DNA from: a virus
Direction: 5' to 3' (one strand)
IMG/VR virus record: IMGVR_UViG_3300001866_000011
DNA: 64,000 nt
Positions 1 through 11,771 of this stretch are shown in pieces. The first letter of the stretch is position 1. Each line of letters begins with the position of its first letter. Under the pieces are notes generated by a model. The model was not told where the DNA came from. It saw only the letters and a program-made list of their open reading frames with translations, and did not search any database. Made by a program: the position numbers and the translations under genes.

Positions 1-349
1 TATTACCTTGTTTTAATTAGATTCTAAAATATTCTCACTAGTCTCTCTTATTTTTTCATATCTTTGATTAGCATTTCTTGAGTATACGTGTCTCTGTTTA
101 GATTACGCGCATATATAATTCGCATTAGTTTCTGTTTCATATCATAATCTATATTTTTTGATTTATATAGTTTATAATATTTAAACTCTGTTTTACAATA
201 AATGTAATTATCTTCATCATATATACATATAATATCTTTAATCTTTACAAATTTATCTTCAGTTTCCAATGTTTCAATAACCATGCACATATGATCTCAT
301 ATTAATTAGTTTAACAGTTAAAATACTATTCGAATTTTAATAATTTTAT

Positions 350-1060
350 TTATTCTTTTTCTATTCTTGGAGTAACTATAGATTCAAATTCAATTCCTTC
401 TTTTTTAAATTTAAATTGCATTGGAAAGTCTGTTCCCATACCAACAGCAATAGTATCGAATTCATTATAATAATATAATACATTATCTATTAAATCTACA
501 CTAAATGCACTCATTACATTATCTGAATCTATTTCCATTGGAAATTCATATTCATGATAATCATTTAAATCTTTATTATATACTTTTAATTTTTTATTTT
601 CTATTTCAAATATAATATAATTACTTGCATCTTTTGTTTTTTTCACAAGTTCTAAAACTTCTGAATATAATGCTTTAATATAATCTTTTTCAATTACAAA
701 ATTTGCAGGAAACTCTAATGCTTTGTTTAGTGTTGTCGTTTTAACTTGTGGATCTGCTAGCGTATTTAGTTTATGTTTTCCATTTTTAGTTTTATATACT
801 AATAGATTTCCATCTATAAAGAATGTAAAATCATTTTCATATGTTTTAATTAATTTTACAGTATCTACTTTAACTACACCTTTATTTACAGGAGTTACAT
901 GCAATTTACATTTTAAAAATTCTGTATTTCCTGTATCTATAAGTGAATACCATACACAATCATCTACGATGTTTAATTCAAGACCCTTTGTTGTAAATTG
1001 CATAGGCCAATCAAAAAACATCTTAATGTGCTCTTTTGGAATAGTAAATAATTCAATCAT
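350..1060 (-). CDS. pcn: Divergent PCNA-like sliding clamp (copy 1)
   Basis: 236 aa, PCNA-sized. C-terminal half SAFSVDLI...VGMGTDFPMQFKF...IVTPRIE matches the PCNA S.FS.d.l / lG.d.P / laPRIE pattern. Confidence 0.7.
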   Translation of the reverse strand: MIELFTIPKEHIKMFFDWPMQFTTKGLELNIVDDCVWYSLIDTGNTEFLKCKLHVTPVNKGVVKVDTVKLIKTYENDFTFFIDGNLLVYKTKNGKHKLNTLADPQVKTTTLNKALEFPANFVIEKDYIKALYSEVLELVKKTKDASNYIIFEIENKKLKVYNKDLNDYHEYEFPMEIDSDNVMSAFSVDLIDNVLYYYNEFDTIAVGMGTDFPMQFKFKKEGIEFESIVTPRIEKE

Positions 1061-1270
1061 AATCTATAGTTTATTGTTGTTTCATCCATTTTATTTTCTC
1101 TTCTAGGTAATCAAGTAAATCATTATAAAATTCATATAAAATATATAATGATTCAATCTTTTCATTATTTGTTAGATATTCATCATTTAATGTTTTTTCT
1201 ACTTCAGTTTCAAATAAGCGTTTATAACTTTCTTGAACTTCAGCAATATCTCTATGTTGATTCATATGTA

Positions 1271-1570
1271 TTAGGGAGATTTAGAAGATGGTGTTAGAGT
1301 GAGAACCCAACGAAGTGCCATATCATATCCCATAGCGTAATCACTTCCATTATCTCCAACTCGGTCTTCAATATTCTCCCGTAACCATTCCGGGAACACG
1401 CGGGAATTCCACGCAGCGACGGCTTCTTCTTTTATATCAAAAACATGATCAAACCCCAACCCACATGTATTGCAATACACCTCATACCCGATTGCAATTT
1501 CAGCCGTATAAATAACATTTATATCATTTGAATTGCACATGGGGCATTCTAAAAGTTCATCTTCATTCAT
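1271..1570 (-). CDS. Lar family (restriction alleviation-like) zinc-ribbon protein
   Basis: LLECPMC...YEVYCNTCG...KEEAVAAWNSR matches the CPxC / CxxC / A..aWN.R signature. Confidence 0.6.
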   Translation of the reverse strand: MNEDELLECPMCNSNDINVIYTAEIAIGYEVYCNTCGLGFDHVFDIKEEAVAAWNSRVFPEWLRENIEDRVGDNGSDYAMGYDMALRWVLTLTPSSKSP

Positions 1571-2204
1571 TTATTTTCTCCTATACAGACTTCGAATTGC
1601 CTTTCTAGTTTCTTTTTCTTGTGTTGATATCGATGTTTCTTCTACTATCTTTATAGATTTCAGAGAATTCACTATACCATTAAAAAGATGTTCGGGTGTA
1701 ACGCCATGCAGCATTAGTGCAGTTATTATATTTTCATAATCAGAATCTGATATTATTCCGTAAAATTCATTCATTTAGTTTCACCTTTTTGTTTTCTTTC
1801 TTCCATTCTTTATACAGTTGTTTATAATAATTAATATCAAATCTAATTGAATCGAATCTTGGATGTTTAATTTCTTCTTTAATAAATAATGAGTCAACTA
1901 TATTTTGATTGAATATTGTCTTTGTGAATATTTTGCGTTTTTCTTCATTAGATAGTGTTTCAGTTACATTTTCAAATTCACCACATGCGCGTAGTAAACA
2001 CTCTTCCTGATCAACCCAATGTTCACATTTACAATATTCAAGTGAGTGATAAAGTGCTCCGGTTATAATTTCACCACACGATTTACATTTATAAAATTGG
2101 ATAGGTTCACCCGATTTATATTTGAATAATAGTTCTTCGCTTTCATCTTTCATACTATTATGTTAGTTTTGAAAGATAATAATAGTTTCTCTAATGAATA
2201 TTAA

Positions 2205-2315
2205 AAATAAAAAGGAGTGATGAGATTGGTGGAGAGATGTCAAGTCAGAGATTTGGAGAGACAAACTAACTAACAATTTATATTTACACAGTGGGAGAGA
2301 TATACACTGTGCATT
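2205..2315 (-). ncRNA. Candidate small RNA with three UCUCUCC motifs
   Basis: TATA (CTTATATAT, + strand 2334-2342) about 27 nt upstream; 5' hairpin CACAGTG/CACTGTG; GGAGAGA on + strand at 2231, 2255, 2294; ends in a U-tract; no sizeable ORF. Confidence 0.35.
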
Positions 2316-3415
2316 ATAGTATTACACTTAAAAATATATAAAGTTTTTGGCAATAGAAAGGAGAGTTTATGATTTTAAGATCTTTTCATAACAATAATTT
2401 AAACGATCAATGTCCATGAACATATTACACATTGGGTATGATTCTCCATAAGGAAGAAGACGATTACCATTATAATGTAATGGATTCATACACTTATATG
2501 ATGCTCCATTATTACAATTAATGAAATTGTGTGATCTTTCTTCATATACGAATATGCATCCTTTACATGGAATTTTATTTTCATCAATCATGATAATAAA
2601 GTAGTAGGTATAAAATTAACAAATTTCTTTATTAAATACATAATCAGTTTCTGGGTTGTATTCACATGGACAATTCTTAATAGTAATACAAAATGGATTA
2701 TTTTTTGTAATCATACACTTTGCATTCTCTTTATATGGGCAATTTGCTATCATATTATTCAAAAATCTTTTCTTCTTCCATAGTTAAATTATATCTTTTA
2801 ACTATTACTTTATCTTCATCGATATTAAAGATAAATAGTTTAGAATTATCTTCAGTTATATATTTATAAATTTCTTTCATAATTAAATCTCAACCAAATA
2901 AATAGAGTTCTTTGTCATTTGATGCTGGGGTTATAATTAGAGTGTTCCCTTCTTGTTTAGAAGTTAGAATTGTATTTGGATAATAATCTTCTAGAAAACA
3001 TTTAATACAACAATAATGTAACGATTCTATATCTTTATCTTCAAAGTTAAATGTTATCCAATGATCTTCAGGAAATCCATCAGAATCTAAATAACCAATT
3101 TTTTCACAGTTATCACAAATTAATACAGTTTTTTTCATGTAAATACCTTAATAATTACTCTTCATAAAATGGACATTTATAGCCAACATCACCATGTTCA
3201 TTACCATATAGAACAGTAGAACCTACGTCTTCTAATGTAATGTCACAAAAATATCTTTCATCTGTAACATCGCTTTCACATTCTATACAATATTCACAGC
3301 CATAACAAGATAATTCATTATATAAATTATATTCATTGTTAGGAAATGTAAATATTAATCCATTTGGACTTCTATAAGTTTCTTGTATAATCATAATTTA
3401 ATTAATAATCTTCTT

Positions 3416-3883
3416 TCATTCTTTATCTTCTAGCCATTTGATGAATATGTTAATGCTTGTTTCATTATCATGTGTTTTATGCCAATCTTCATGACACTCT
3501 TTACATAATACAATTCCATTGTTTGGATTATAAGTAAAATTACTTTGAAACTTTTTTGGAATTATATGATGACATGTTGGTTCATGCATAGAACCGCATT
3601 TTTGACACTTGAATTTATCACGAATTAAAACTTCATCGCGCCATTCTGTTTCATCAAGAATTGTTATAGCGCGTTTGATAACAAGAAGATCTGCTTCATG
3701 TTTAGAGTTAAATCGTTCAATGGCATTAATATATCCATCAATTTCATTGTTCATTGCACGCTTATACTTTTCAATATCAATGTTACACTGTTTTCTTAAC
3801 CTAGTTAATGTATCTAGGAGTCGTTCTCCTTCTTCAATTTTAATCTTAAACGATTCACAAGTTTCTTTTAGATCTTCAGTCAT
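3416..3883 (-). CDS. HNH endonuclease with N-terminal coiled coil
   Basis: WRDEVLIRDKFKCQKCG...HHIIP...NGIVLCKECHEDWH. Confidence 0.85.
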   Translation of the reverse strand: MTEDLKETCESFKIKIEEGERLLDTLTRLRKQCNIDIEKYKRAMNNEIDGYINAIERFNSKHEADLLVIKRAITILDETEWRDEVLIRDKFKCQKCGSMHEPTCHHIIPKKFQSNFTYNPNNGIVLCKECHEDWHKTHDNETSINIFIKWLEDKE

Positions 3884-4604
3884 GAGATCTTATATTAAAG
3901 TTATATGTTTAAAGTTATAAATGTTGTGTAGAAACTCACATCACTATTGACGATTTTAATATTCTTCATATAACTTTTTATTTCTTCTTTTATATAAATT
4001 ATCATAGAAACATTGACCGCTTTTAACATTTCCACAATTAAGACAGACATATGTATTAGTATCTGGAAAATAAGGCATTAAACATTTACATTTTTTACAT
4101 TGTAACTTAACCACAATATTTATATATTTAAATTATAAGTATAAAAATATTATGCAAAAGTATATAAGTAAAAGAAGAAAATTAAAAAAAATAATAAATG
4201 ATAATATTACTTTTCTATATCATCTCCTAAATATCCTTTATCAAATCTAACTCTGTTTTTAATTTTCTTATTTCATCGATTAGTTCCCAAATATCATCAA
4301 CACTATCTATATCACTAATATCAAAACTATCTTCATCAAAATTGCATTCATAAAGTCTTTCAACTATATTTGTCAATCTTCTCCTCCTGAATATTTTAAT
4401 ACTTTTTCACAACATTCACTGCACATTGTAAGAACTAATGAACCACAGTTTTTGTTAGTGAAATCAACAAATGATCCATTAATTACACCACCATATTCTT
4501 GTTTTGTAATCCAATATCCACAAATACAGCACCGTATAGTTCTAGTTTTATTGGGTTTATCCCCTGGAATTATTTCATTCATGCATAAAAGATTATATTA
4601 AAGT

Positions 4605-5327
4605 TTATAGCCATTTACTTAATTCATTTTTATCCCGATTAATGTATGCATGTGGAATTGTAACTGTATAAAACAGTTTTCCACAATGAATACCAATTCG
4701 TTTTGCTACTTCAAATTGCAGTTTATAAAATCCTCGTATATTTTGAGGCATTCCCAAAAGTATGTCATTAGATCGCATAAATACATAAATATTTAATTTT
4801 CCTTCACTAATCCAAAATTGAATTTCTTGAAGGCATGGAATATCTTTTTTAACTTCATCAATATACGGAGAAATTGTAATTGCAATGGCGCGTCTTGATG
4901 TGGGTTCATAAACTAATTTGTCTACAACATAATTTATTTGGTCTATATACTCATCTAAAATTAAACCATAAACATCACTTGGTATAAATTCATTAATAAG
5001 ATCATCATAATAATGTTTCCTATAATGAAACAGTCTATCGTGATATGTATAAACAAATTTATTTGATGTTCCATTTACAATATCATCTGCATATTTTTTA
5101 TAGAATTCTCTTCCATATGGGGAGAATTTATGAATAAAATTAGTTCTCCAAGGTTGTGTAATACAGATCGTAAATGGATTAGATTGCCACGTAACTTCAC
5201 CATCTTCAGTAACAACCTCTTCATGTTGATTTATAACATTCCTAACAGCAACTTCATATGCTTCAGATAACGATTTCACTTCAGCATATGGAAGAAATGT
5301 ATCTTGTTTTCTAAATATTCCTAACAT
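4605..5327 (-). CDS. thyA: Thymidylate synthase (archaeal/methanogen-type ThyA)
   Basis: Catalytic IPCLQEIQF, MRSNDILLGMPQN (dUMP-type Asn), HAY; YTYHDRL and SRRAIAI motifs typical of archaeal ThyA. Confidence 0.92.
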   Translation of the reverse strand: MLGIFRKQDTFLPYAEVKSLSEAYEVAVRNVINQHEEVVTEDGEVTWQSNPFTICITQPWRTNFIHKFSPYGREFYKKYADDIVNGTSNKFVYTYHDRLFHYRKHYYDDLINEFIPSDVYGLILDEYIDQINYVVDKLVYEPTSRRAIAITISPYIDEVKKDIPCLQEIQFWISEGKLNIYVFMRSNDILLGMPQNIRGFYKLQFEVAKRIGIHCGKLFYTVTIPHAYINRDKNELSKWL

Positions 5328-6654
5328 GAATAATAGATTAGCGTGAAAAATAGATAAATGTTTGTATAGGGAGAGAAGATGGGAATGTTAATAGATTTAT
5401 AAATTCAAAGATTGTGTTTTAACAATTATATCATTATCATTGATATTATCTAACTTAAGTAATTCAGCGATAACATAAGTATTATTATAAAGCATTTTAA
5501 GATTTATAGTATTGTCTTTATAGTTATAATATATTGAAAAATTACTTACATCTTCATAACTATTAGTTTCACTTAAATCTCCATCGTTTTGATTTCCAAA
5601 ACATAAAATATTACAATTTTTAAACTTAATGATAGGTTTTACGCGATCAAGTTCACTTAACATTATATATAATTGAATATTATAATATATAAATATTTCT
5701 AAAGAAAAAGAGGAAGTGGTTACAGATATACTATATTAATTCTAAATTTTTAGTTCCATACAATTCAATATATTCAGATAAATCATTCATTCTAGACATG
5801 AATCTTTTTTCTGCTTCTGTACATAATTCCTTTCCAACATCATCACATTTATTATAACCTAATAGATTTCCATCTCTTATAAAATTATATTTTGCATATT
5901 CTATTCGATTATAAATACTATTTAGTTCTTCATGATATAGTCTAAAGGCAGTTTTTGGATTAAATAATCGTTTATGTAATCTTACAGTTATATTGTCAAA
6001 ATTAATAGTATCAAATTCTTCAATCATTTTCTAGATTTCTTTTTCTTTGGGCTGCATTCAACTTTATTTTTAATAACACCACACACTTTTTCAGCGTTCT
6101 TTCCATACTTTCTACGATTCTTTTTAAGACAATCGTCAAAATTATTAAATCCAGCAAATGGCATATGTATTAATTAAGTTATTACTGTATAAAAATATTA
6201 ATAGTTATTTTTACATTTGCCATGTAGTAAGTGAGGGTGCAATAAGTTTAACTAAATCAGAACTGCTATAACTAGATCGTAGTATTCCAATTCTATCATC
6301 TTCTAATTTATATATAAACATACTGAAACGTGTTGTTATAGTTTTAGAATCACAATGGACTGTGTTATTGCGTTTAAATTTAACAAAATCTAACCAATTT
6401 TTAGATTTCTTGTTTTCAAGAATTACATCATATGAAAAATGAATATTGGTATCATTTACTTTACACAATATATTTTCAATTTTATTATATTTTATACTAG
6501 AATAATTTAAATTTACTATCTGATCTAAATCTATAACCAATGCACATAGTGAGTAATCCATATAATTAAAATAAATTATCATAGATGGATTATCATTTTT
6601 AGAATCTGGAACCTCATTACTATGATATGTTACATTACTAAACATCCTATCCTC

Positions 6655-7221
6655 TCATCTCTTCTGAACTATCCAACTTGAATCTACTCTATGGACTGGA
6701 GATTCATTCCAATCATCAGGAACAAATTCATTGAAATGTTTTTTCTCAAAAATTTCACATGCTTCTTTTACTCCAGGTTCGTGAATGTTTCCATTAGTTC
6801 CAAATTTATCATGAACCATCATAACTCCACCAGAAATAAGTTTGTTCCAATATATTTCAAGATCTTTTAAACAACCTTCTATAGAATGATCACCATCAAT
6901 AAATACAAATTCAACGGGTTCTTTTATTTGATTATATATTACAGGATCATACGAAGAACCTTGTAATAGAGTAGTATTATGTTTTATAGATTCTATATCA
7001 TTAAGTATATCTTTTATTCTTATATCAATTCCATAAACTTGTTTTTTAGAAGATTGAACAAATCTAGACTTTACTCCGGTTGTAATATATGTAAGACTCT
7101 TTCCTCTAAAACATCCAATATTAACTATTGCATTTTCAGGACTACATTTTCTACTTAATGTTTCCAATGCAATTCCTTCAATCGGACTTAAGCAACCAAC
7201 AACGCCATTATCTAATTTCAT
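6655..7221 (-). CDS. Class I SAM-dependent methyltransferase (Methyltransf_24-like)
   Basis: VNIGCFRGKSL motif I; FVFIDGDHSIEGCLKDL...LISGGVMMVHD. Start moved to the ATG at 7221 (GAGGA RBS, avoids overlap with the radical SAM gene). Confidence 0.85.
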   Translation of the reverse strand: MKLDNGVVGCLSPIEGIALETLSRKCSPENAIVNIGCFRGKSLTYITTGVKSRFVQSSKKQVYGIDIRIKDILNDIESIKHNTTLLQGSSYDPVIYNQIKEPVEFVFIDGDHSIEGCLKDLEIYWNKLISGGVMMVHDKFGTNGNIHEPGVKEACEIFEKKHFNEFVPDDWNESPVHRVDSSWIVQKR

Positions 7222-7240
7222 AATATCACTATTTTCCTCT

Positions 7241-7966
7241 TCATACGGGACAGTTTTTACAGCATGAATTGAAGTCAAATTTCTCATCATCTGTAATAAT
7301 ATATTCATCGGTCATTCTGATACAACATGGATGTAATCTTCCAAGATAATCATAATAGAGTGAATTTATATACCATTCACATGTATCAATTCTATTCTTT
7401 ATTTTTATGTTGAATCTATTATATACATTCTTTGCTTGATTATGCAATTCATCATAATTTTTATATTCACATCCATACCAAACTTCCATAGGAATTATAT
7501 CAATTGGTATAGAATATTTATCAGCAAATCCTGTAACTTTATTTATATCATCTTTTGTTTGATCTGATAATACACAATTAATTCTTACATTGTATCCATT
7601 CTTTTTTGTATCTAATATGTGATTAATTGTTCTTTGATCATGATAATCAGATTCATTTAATTTATTGATAGAAAACATAACATTATCAAATTCTCCAACA
7701 ATTGGAAATGAACCATTTGTAATGGTCATGATATTCTTAAATCCATAGGTTCTACCAATTTCAGATAATTTCACAATATCTGGATGCATAAATGGCTCAC
7801 CTAATCCTTGAATTTTAAGAATATCAAAATGATCACTTTTATGATAATCTAAAATTTTAAAAAATGTTTCAATAGAAATATCACCAGAGTAAGACGAATC
7901 TCTTGAGCACGTTTTACAGTTCTTATTACAGTTTCTAGTTGGTTCAATTTGCAGTATATCAGTCAT
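7241..7966 (-). CDS. Radical SAM protein with C-terminal Cys-rich (SPASM/twitch-like) tail
   Basis: EPTRNCNKNCKTC (CxxxCxxC), GLGEPFMHP, ITNG; C-terminal CEW...GRLHPCC...CCKNCP. Confidence 0.88.
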   Translation of the reverse strand: MTDILQIEPTRNCNKNCKTCSRDSSYSGDISIETFFKILDYHKSDHFDILKIQGLGEPFMHPDIVKLSEIGRTYGFKNIMTITNGSFPIVGEFDNVMFSINKLNESDYHDQRTINHILDTKKNGYNVRINCVLSDQTKDDINKVTGFADKYSIPIDIIPMEVWYGCEYKNYDELHNQAKNVYNRFNIKIKNRIDTCEWYINSLYYDYLGRLHPCCIRMTDEYIITDDEKFDFNSCCKNCPV

Positions 7967-7983
7967 AAATAAAAATCCTCTTT

Positions 7984-8970
7984 CTATAATCCTTCATAAA
8001 TTGAATAACCAAATATCCATTCATAAAATTTCCTAAAATACCATCCAGTATATGCTTGGTTTATTTCATTTTGAATAGTATCATTAATTGGTTTAACTCG
8101 ATCTTTCATATAGAATATCTGAATCAATCCGAGAATACTTATAAGAATTGCTTTAATTACAAGTTTGATATCTTTAAATCTCCATACCCAAATCATCATT
8201 GTAGCAAGTCTTAAGGGTATCAATACTAATCTGTTTTTAAATGATAAATATCTATTTATTATAGTATTACCATTTTTAATATAATAATACACACCTTTAT
8301 TTACATTACGTTGTTTTGGAGAATACAAGTGTATAGGTTGCACATTCTTCTCAAATAGAACATCATGCCCTCTTGAAAGAATATTTAATGCTGTATCTGA
8401 TTCATTCCAATAAATTCCAAATGATTCATCATAGCCACTAAAAATATCAGTATTATATAAAGCACATGCTCCAATATAATCATACACTCTAAATGGATTT
8501 CTTGGTAATGATTTCAAATTAATATGTGTATTTAATGCAAATTTGAAATCTGTTTGTGGGATTTTATTTTCAGGACCTCTTACATTACATGCGACCATTC
8601 CAACATCTTTTTTACTTTTAGCAACTTCGACAAGTTTAGAGATACTATTAGTTTCTTGTAATATACAATCGTCGTCCAACACGAGAATATATTTAGCATG
8701 ATGATCATATTTAGCAATCCAAAATCCACGATTAAGAGTTTGCATTGCAGTAAATTTCGAATGTGGCATTATCTCATAGAAGAAATCCCATTTACACTGA
8801 TTTTCATATTTATCTTTTAAATATTCTTGTGTTCCATCATTACTACAATTATCAATAACAATAATCTCTTTGTTTTGATAATCTTGTTTATAAATTGCAT
8901 CAATATTCTGTCTTAATATATCAAGGCGATTCCAAGACGATATAACACAACATACCAGATCTTCTTCCAT
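7984..8970 (-). CDS. Glycosyltransferase family 2
   Basis: VISSWNR...EIIVIDNCSNDGT, ILVLDDD (DxD), FGIYWNESD. Confidence 0.9.
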   Translation of the reverse strand: MEEDLVCCVISSWNRLDILRQNIDAIYKQDYQNKEIIVIDNCSNDGTQEYLKDKYENQCKWDFFYEIMPHSKFTAMQTLNRGFWIAKYDHHAKYILVLDDDCILQETNSISKLVEVAKSKKDVGMVACNVRGPENKIPQTDFKFALNTHINLKSLPRNPFRVYDYIGACALYNTDIFSGYDESFGIYWNESDTALNILSRGHDVLFEKNVQPIHLYSPKQRNVNKGVYYYIKNGNTIINRYLSFKNRLVLIPLRLATMMIWVWRFKDIKLVIKAILISILGLIQIFYMKDRVKPINDTIQNEINQAYTGWYFRKFYEWIFGYSIYEGL

Positions 8971-10076
8971 TATAGCACGTCCTTTCTAGCAACTTTTCTC
9001 CATACTTCTTCTATTTTTGGAATAACTACATCATATGTATAATTTTCATTAGCAATTCGCAATGCATTTTTAGATGTTGCATTTCTATAAGAATCAATTA
9101 ACATATCTTCCATCACCTGAAAATATTCATGTCCTGAATTTACAACAAACCCACCACTTCCTATAACACTATTCATTGCATTATAATACGGCGTAGTGTG
9201 ACTTATGCAAGGTAAACCATGTAACATTGCTTCTGCTAATACCATACCATAAGTTTCACCATCTTTTCTACCATGTGCATAAACATCTAATGTATTGAGA
9301 AATGGAGAAACCTCATCTTGATACGGAATAAATTTAATGTTTTTTATATTTAGATTTTCTGCTTGTTTTTTGTATAAATCACACCCATTTAATACAAACA
9401 TCATTACATCATCACATTCTTTCTCTAGTTTAGAAAACGCATCTAATTGAACAGGAGAAAACAATCCATTATCATTTCTTTGATGGAAACCAAATACAAT
9501 GGTATCTTCTGAAATTCCAAGTTCTTTTCTTAAGTTTTTATCTGATGTCTTCTTTACTGGAACTGGTATTACTGTAGTTTTGCTACGCCTTCCACTATGT
9601 CCTTCGGCAAATCTAAACAACCATTGATCCCTTAACCATTCAGAATTTAAAATGTGATGTTTTACTCCTGGAAATTTAACATATGGTGGAAATACTGTAA
9701 ATTCACATACTTTATAATCATCTTTAAAACTTTGAAATGGCTCTTCTTTCCATCCAAAATTAGTAATTTGAATTACATCATATGGAGTTTTATTATTAAC
9801 TTTATTAAATTTATGCCAAAAATCAGACCAATTATTATTAAGTAGATTTAAAATTCTAAAAGGTATCCTCTCATATCTAGGCTTTACTTTGAATTTAATT
9901 ATATTAACATTATTATCCAATAGATATTTTTTTCTATCTGGAGATCTCATTTTATCTGTCGTATAATAATCAATTTGAAATTCATCTTTGTTTGTTTCAG
10001 CGGCCATAATCTGAAGAAACTTTTCAGTTCCACCATAAAATAAACCATTTTCTCTGATGATTGCAACTCTAATCAT
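8970..10076 (-). CDS. Glycosyltransferase family 4 (GT-B)
   Basis: GGTEKF N-terminal loop; DVYAHGRKDGETYGMVLAEAMLHGLPCI (Ex7E motif). Confidence 0.9.
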   Translation of the reverse strand: MIRVAIIRENGLFYGGTEKFLQIMAAETNKDEFQIDYYTTDKMRSPDRKKYLLDNNVNIIKFKVKPRYERIPFRILNLLNNNWSDFWHKFNKVNNKTPYDVIQITNFGWKEEPFQSFKDDYKVCEFTVFPPYVKFPGVKHHILNSEWLRDQWLFRFAEGHSGRRSKTTVIPVPVKKTSDKNLRKELGISEDTIVFGFHQRNDNGLFSPVQLDAFSKLEKECDDVMMFVLNGCDLYKKQAENLNIKNIKFIPYQDEVSPFLNTLDVYAHGRKDGETYGMVLAEAMLHGLPCISHTTPYYNAMNSVIGSGGFVVNSGHEYFQVMEDMLIDSYRNATSKNALRIANENYTYDVVIPKIEEVWRKVARKDVL

Positions 10077-11086
10077 GAATTACTCCAAAATTTACTAATT
10101 CTGTATCTAGCATGAGATTTTAAATAGTTATATATTTCTAACATTCCTTTTAAAATGTTCATATAATTACCTTTTTCAAGATTGTATTTAAACCCTTGAT
10201 ACATAATTTTAAAATATTTTATTTTATGACTTTCATTTTGTCTAATGTAAATTAAATTTTCTTTAAACAATACACATTCTTTCTTGCAATAATTTATCAA
10301 TTCATCTGACCATATATCAAGATCATAATATCTCATATAATTTTTCTTAACTAATTCAAACAATTTGTTCTTCATTGATTTATCAATATTAAGAATATCT
10401 TCATTAATATTATCTGGATAGTGATATTTTTGTATTTCTGTATAAATTACATTAGAATAGTTATTAAGATAGTCTAAATTTATTCTATAAGTTGGATAGC
10501 CTTCTTTTATTGATAAACATTTATAATAAGATTCTTTAATATTTATGTAATCTGTATTACACATCCCAAAATGAAATAATGGATAATTTACTATTACATA
10601 GTTTTCTTCTCTTCCAATTGGAATTTTATCTTCATGAACATATTCATTACCATGATAATTAATTCCCTTATCTATAAATGCAATTCCTTGTGTATCTTTT
10701 AGCCTATCTTTATTTACTAAATTTAATTTATTACCAACATGCCACCATTTACAATAAATAGCATCATTCCAATCATTGTTGTTTAGATAATTGATTAATT
10801 CTTCACTTAAAATTTCATCAGCATCAATAACAATAAAATGAGATGCTTTTGGTCTTCCCCTATCTAAAAGAAACTGTCTACGATCTTTATATGTTTTTAT
10901 TTCGGGACAAAACTCTTCATAGAATACAATTACATTATCTAAACTTTCTAAATATTCACGCGTTCCTTCTCCTTTATTAGATCCATCTAATACTAAAACA
11001 TAATCTACACATCTCAATAAATTAGGAAGTGAGTATTTAATAAAGTGAGATTCATTATAAGTAATCATCAAACCTATTTTATACAT
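10073..11086 (-). CDS. Glycosyltransferase family 2-like (GT-A)
   Basis: MITYNESHFIKYSL...VLVLDGS...GT, FIVIDADE, VHE, LFHFG. Confidence 0.8.
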   Translation of the reverse strand: MYKIGLMITYNESHFIKYSLPNLLRCVDYVLVLDGSNKGEGTREYLESLDNVIVFYEEFCPEIKTYKDRRQFLLDRGRPKASHFIVIDADEILSEELINYLNNNDWNDAIYCKWWHVGNKLNLVNKDRLKDTQGIAFIDKGINYHGNEYVHEDKIPIGREENYVIVNYPLFHFGMCNTDYINIKESYYKCLSIKEGYPTYRINLDYLNNYSNVIYTEIQKYHYPDNINEDILNIDKSMKNKLFELVKKNYMRYYDLDIWSDELINYCKKECVLFKENLIYIRQNESHKIKYFKIMYQGFKYNLEKGNYMNILKGMLEIYNYLKSHARYRISKFWSNS

Positions 11087-11229
11087 AAAATTAATTATAA
11101 TGTTTAATCTCTAAAGTATATAATTATATGTATTTATTAAAGTCAATATTTATAATATACAACCAGTTAGTTAAACATTTAAGCATTTATTCTTCTTTAT
11201 ATACTGGAAAACTATTATTTCTTAATTGT

Positions 11230-11511
11230 ATGACTGATAACGATCCTGTAGCAATTATTGGGATTATTACAACCGTTCTTGGTGTTGCAGTAACCTATTT
11301 TGCTACAAACGCGCGCGCACTTCGATATCTCAAGATCGCACAGAAAGTTGTTGAAGTAGGCGATGCTTATTTCAAAGGACAGGCTGATAAAACCTGGACC
11401 GATCTTGAATATCAGGAACTTGGTAAAGACATGGTAAGTGTTATCAAGGAAGTTCAGAATGATGAAAATATTCCAGTAGAAATGACATCACTAGAAGGAA
11501 AAACCGTATAA
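11230..11511 (+). CDS. Small membrane protein with N-terminal TM helix (holin-like)
   Basis: From the ATG at 11230: MTDNDPVAIIGIITTVLGVAVTYFA followed by a soluble helical tail; TATA-like AT stretch upstream. Holin function is a guess. Confidence 0.4.
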   Translation: MTDNDPVAIIGIITTVLGVAVTYFATNARALRYLKIAQKVVEVGDAYFKGQADKTWTDLEYQELGKDMVSVIKEVQNDENIPVEMTSLEGKTV

Positions 11512-11542
11512 AAGAGAAATCGTAACTTTGGAGGTAATTAAA

Positions 11543-11746
11543 ATGAGAAAAATGAATGAAGAAGGAAGGACCTTTATTGTAGCGGGTGAAACTGAAGAAG
11601 ATGCAAAGTTTATTCTTTCAGAAGTAGACCGGAATGAAGCAGAAGGAAATAACACATATACCATTATTCTAGATAAAGGACTTGGAGACAGAAATCCATT
11701 CTATACTGTAGACAATGGTCAGATCATTGGATCTAGACACTATTAA
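11543..11746 (+). CDS. Hypothetical acidic protein
   Basis: GGAGGTAATTAAAATG ribosome-binding site and start; 67 aa ORF. Confidence 0.55.
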   Translation: MRKMNEEGRTFIVAGETEEDAKFILSEVDRNEAEGNNTYTIILDKGLGDRNPFYTVDNGQIIGSRHY

Positions 11747-11771
11747 TCCCACTTCTTTTTGAGACATTACA

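Noticed and set aside
4605-5327. ThyA as a dCMP hydroxymethylase
   Set aside because: It keeps the dUMP-specifying Asn (GMPQN) and resembles ordinary methanogen ThyA. dUMP hydroxymethylase activity cannot be excluded, but there is no positive evidence for it.
7222-7308. Long N-terminal extension of the methyltransferase overlapping the radical SAM gene
   Set aside because: A better start with a GAGGA RBS exists at 7221.
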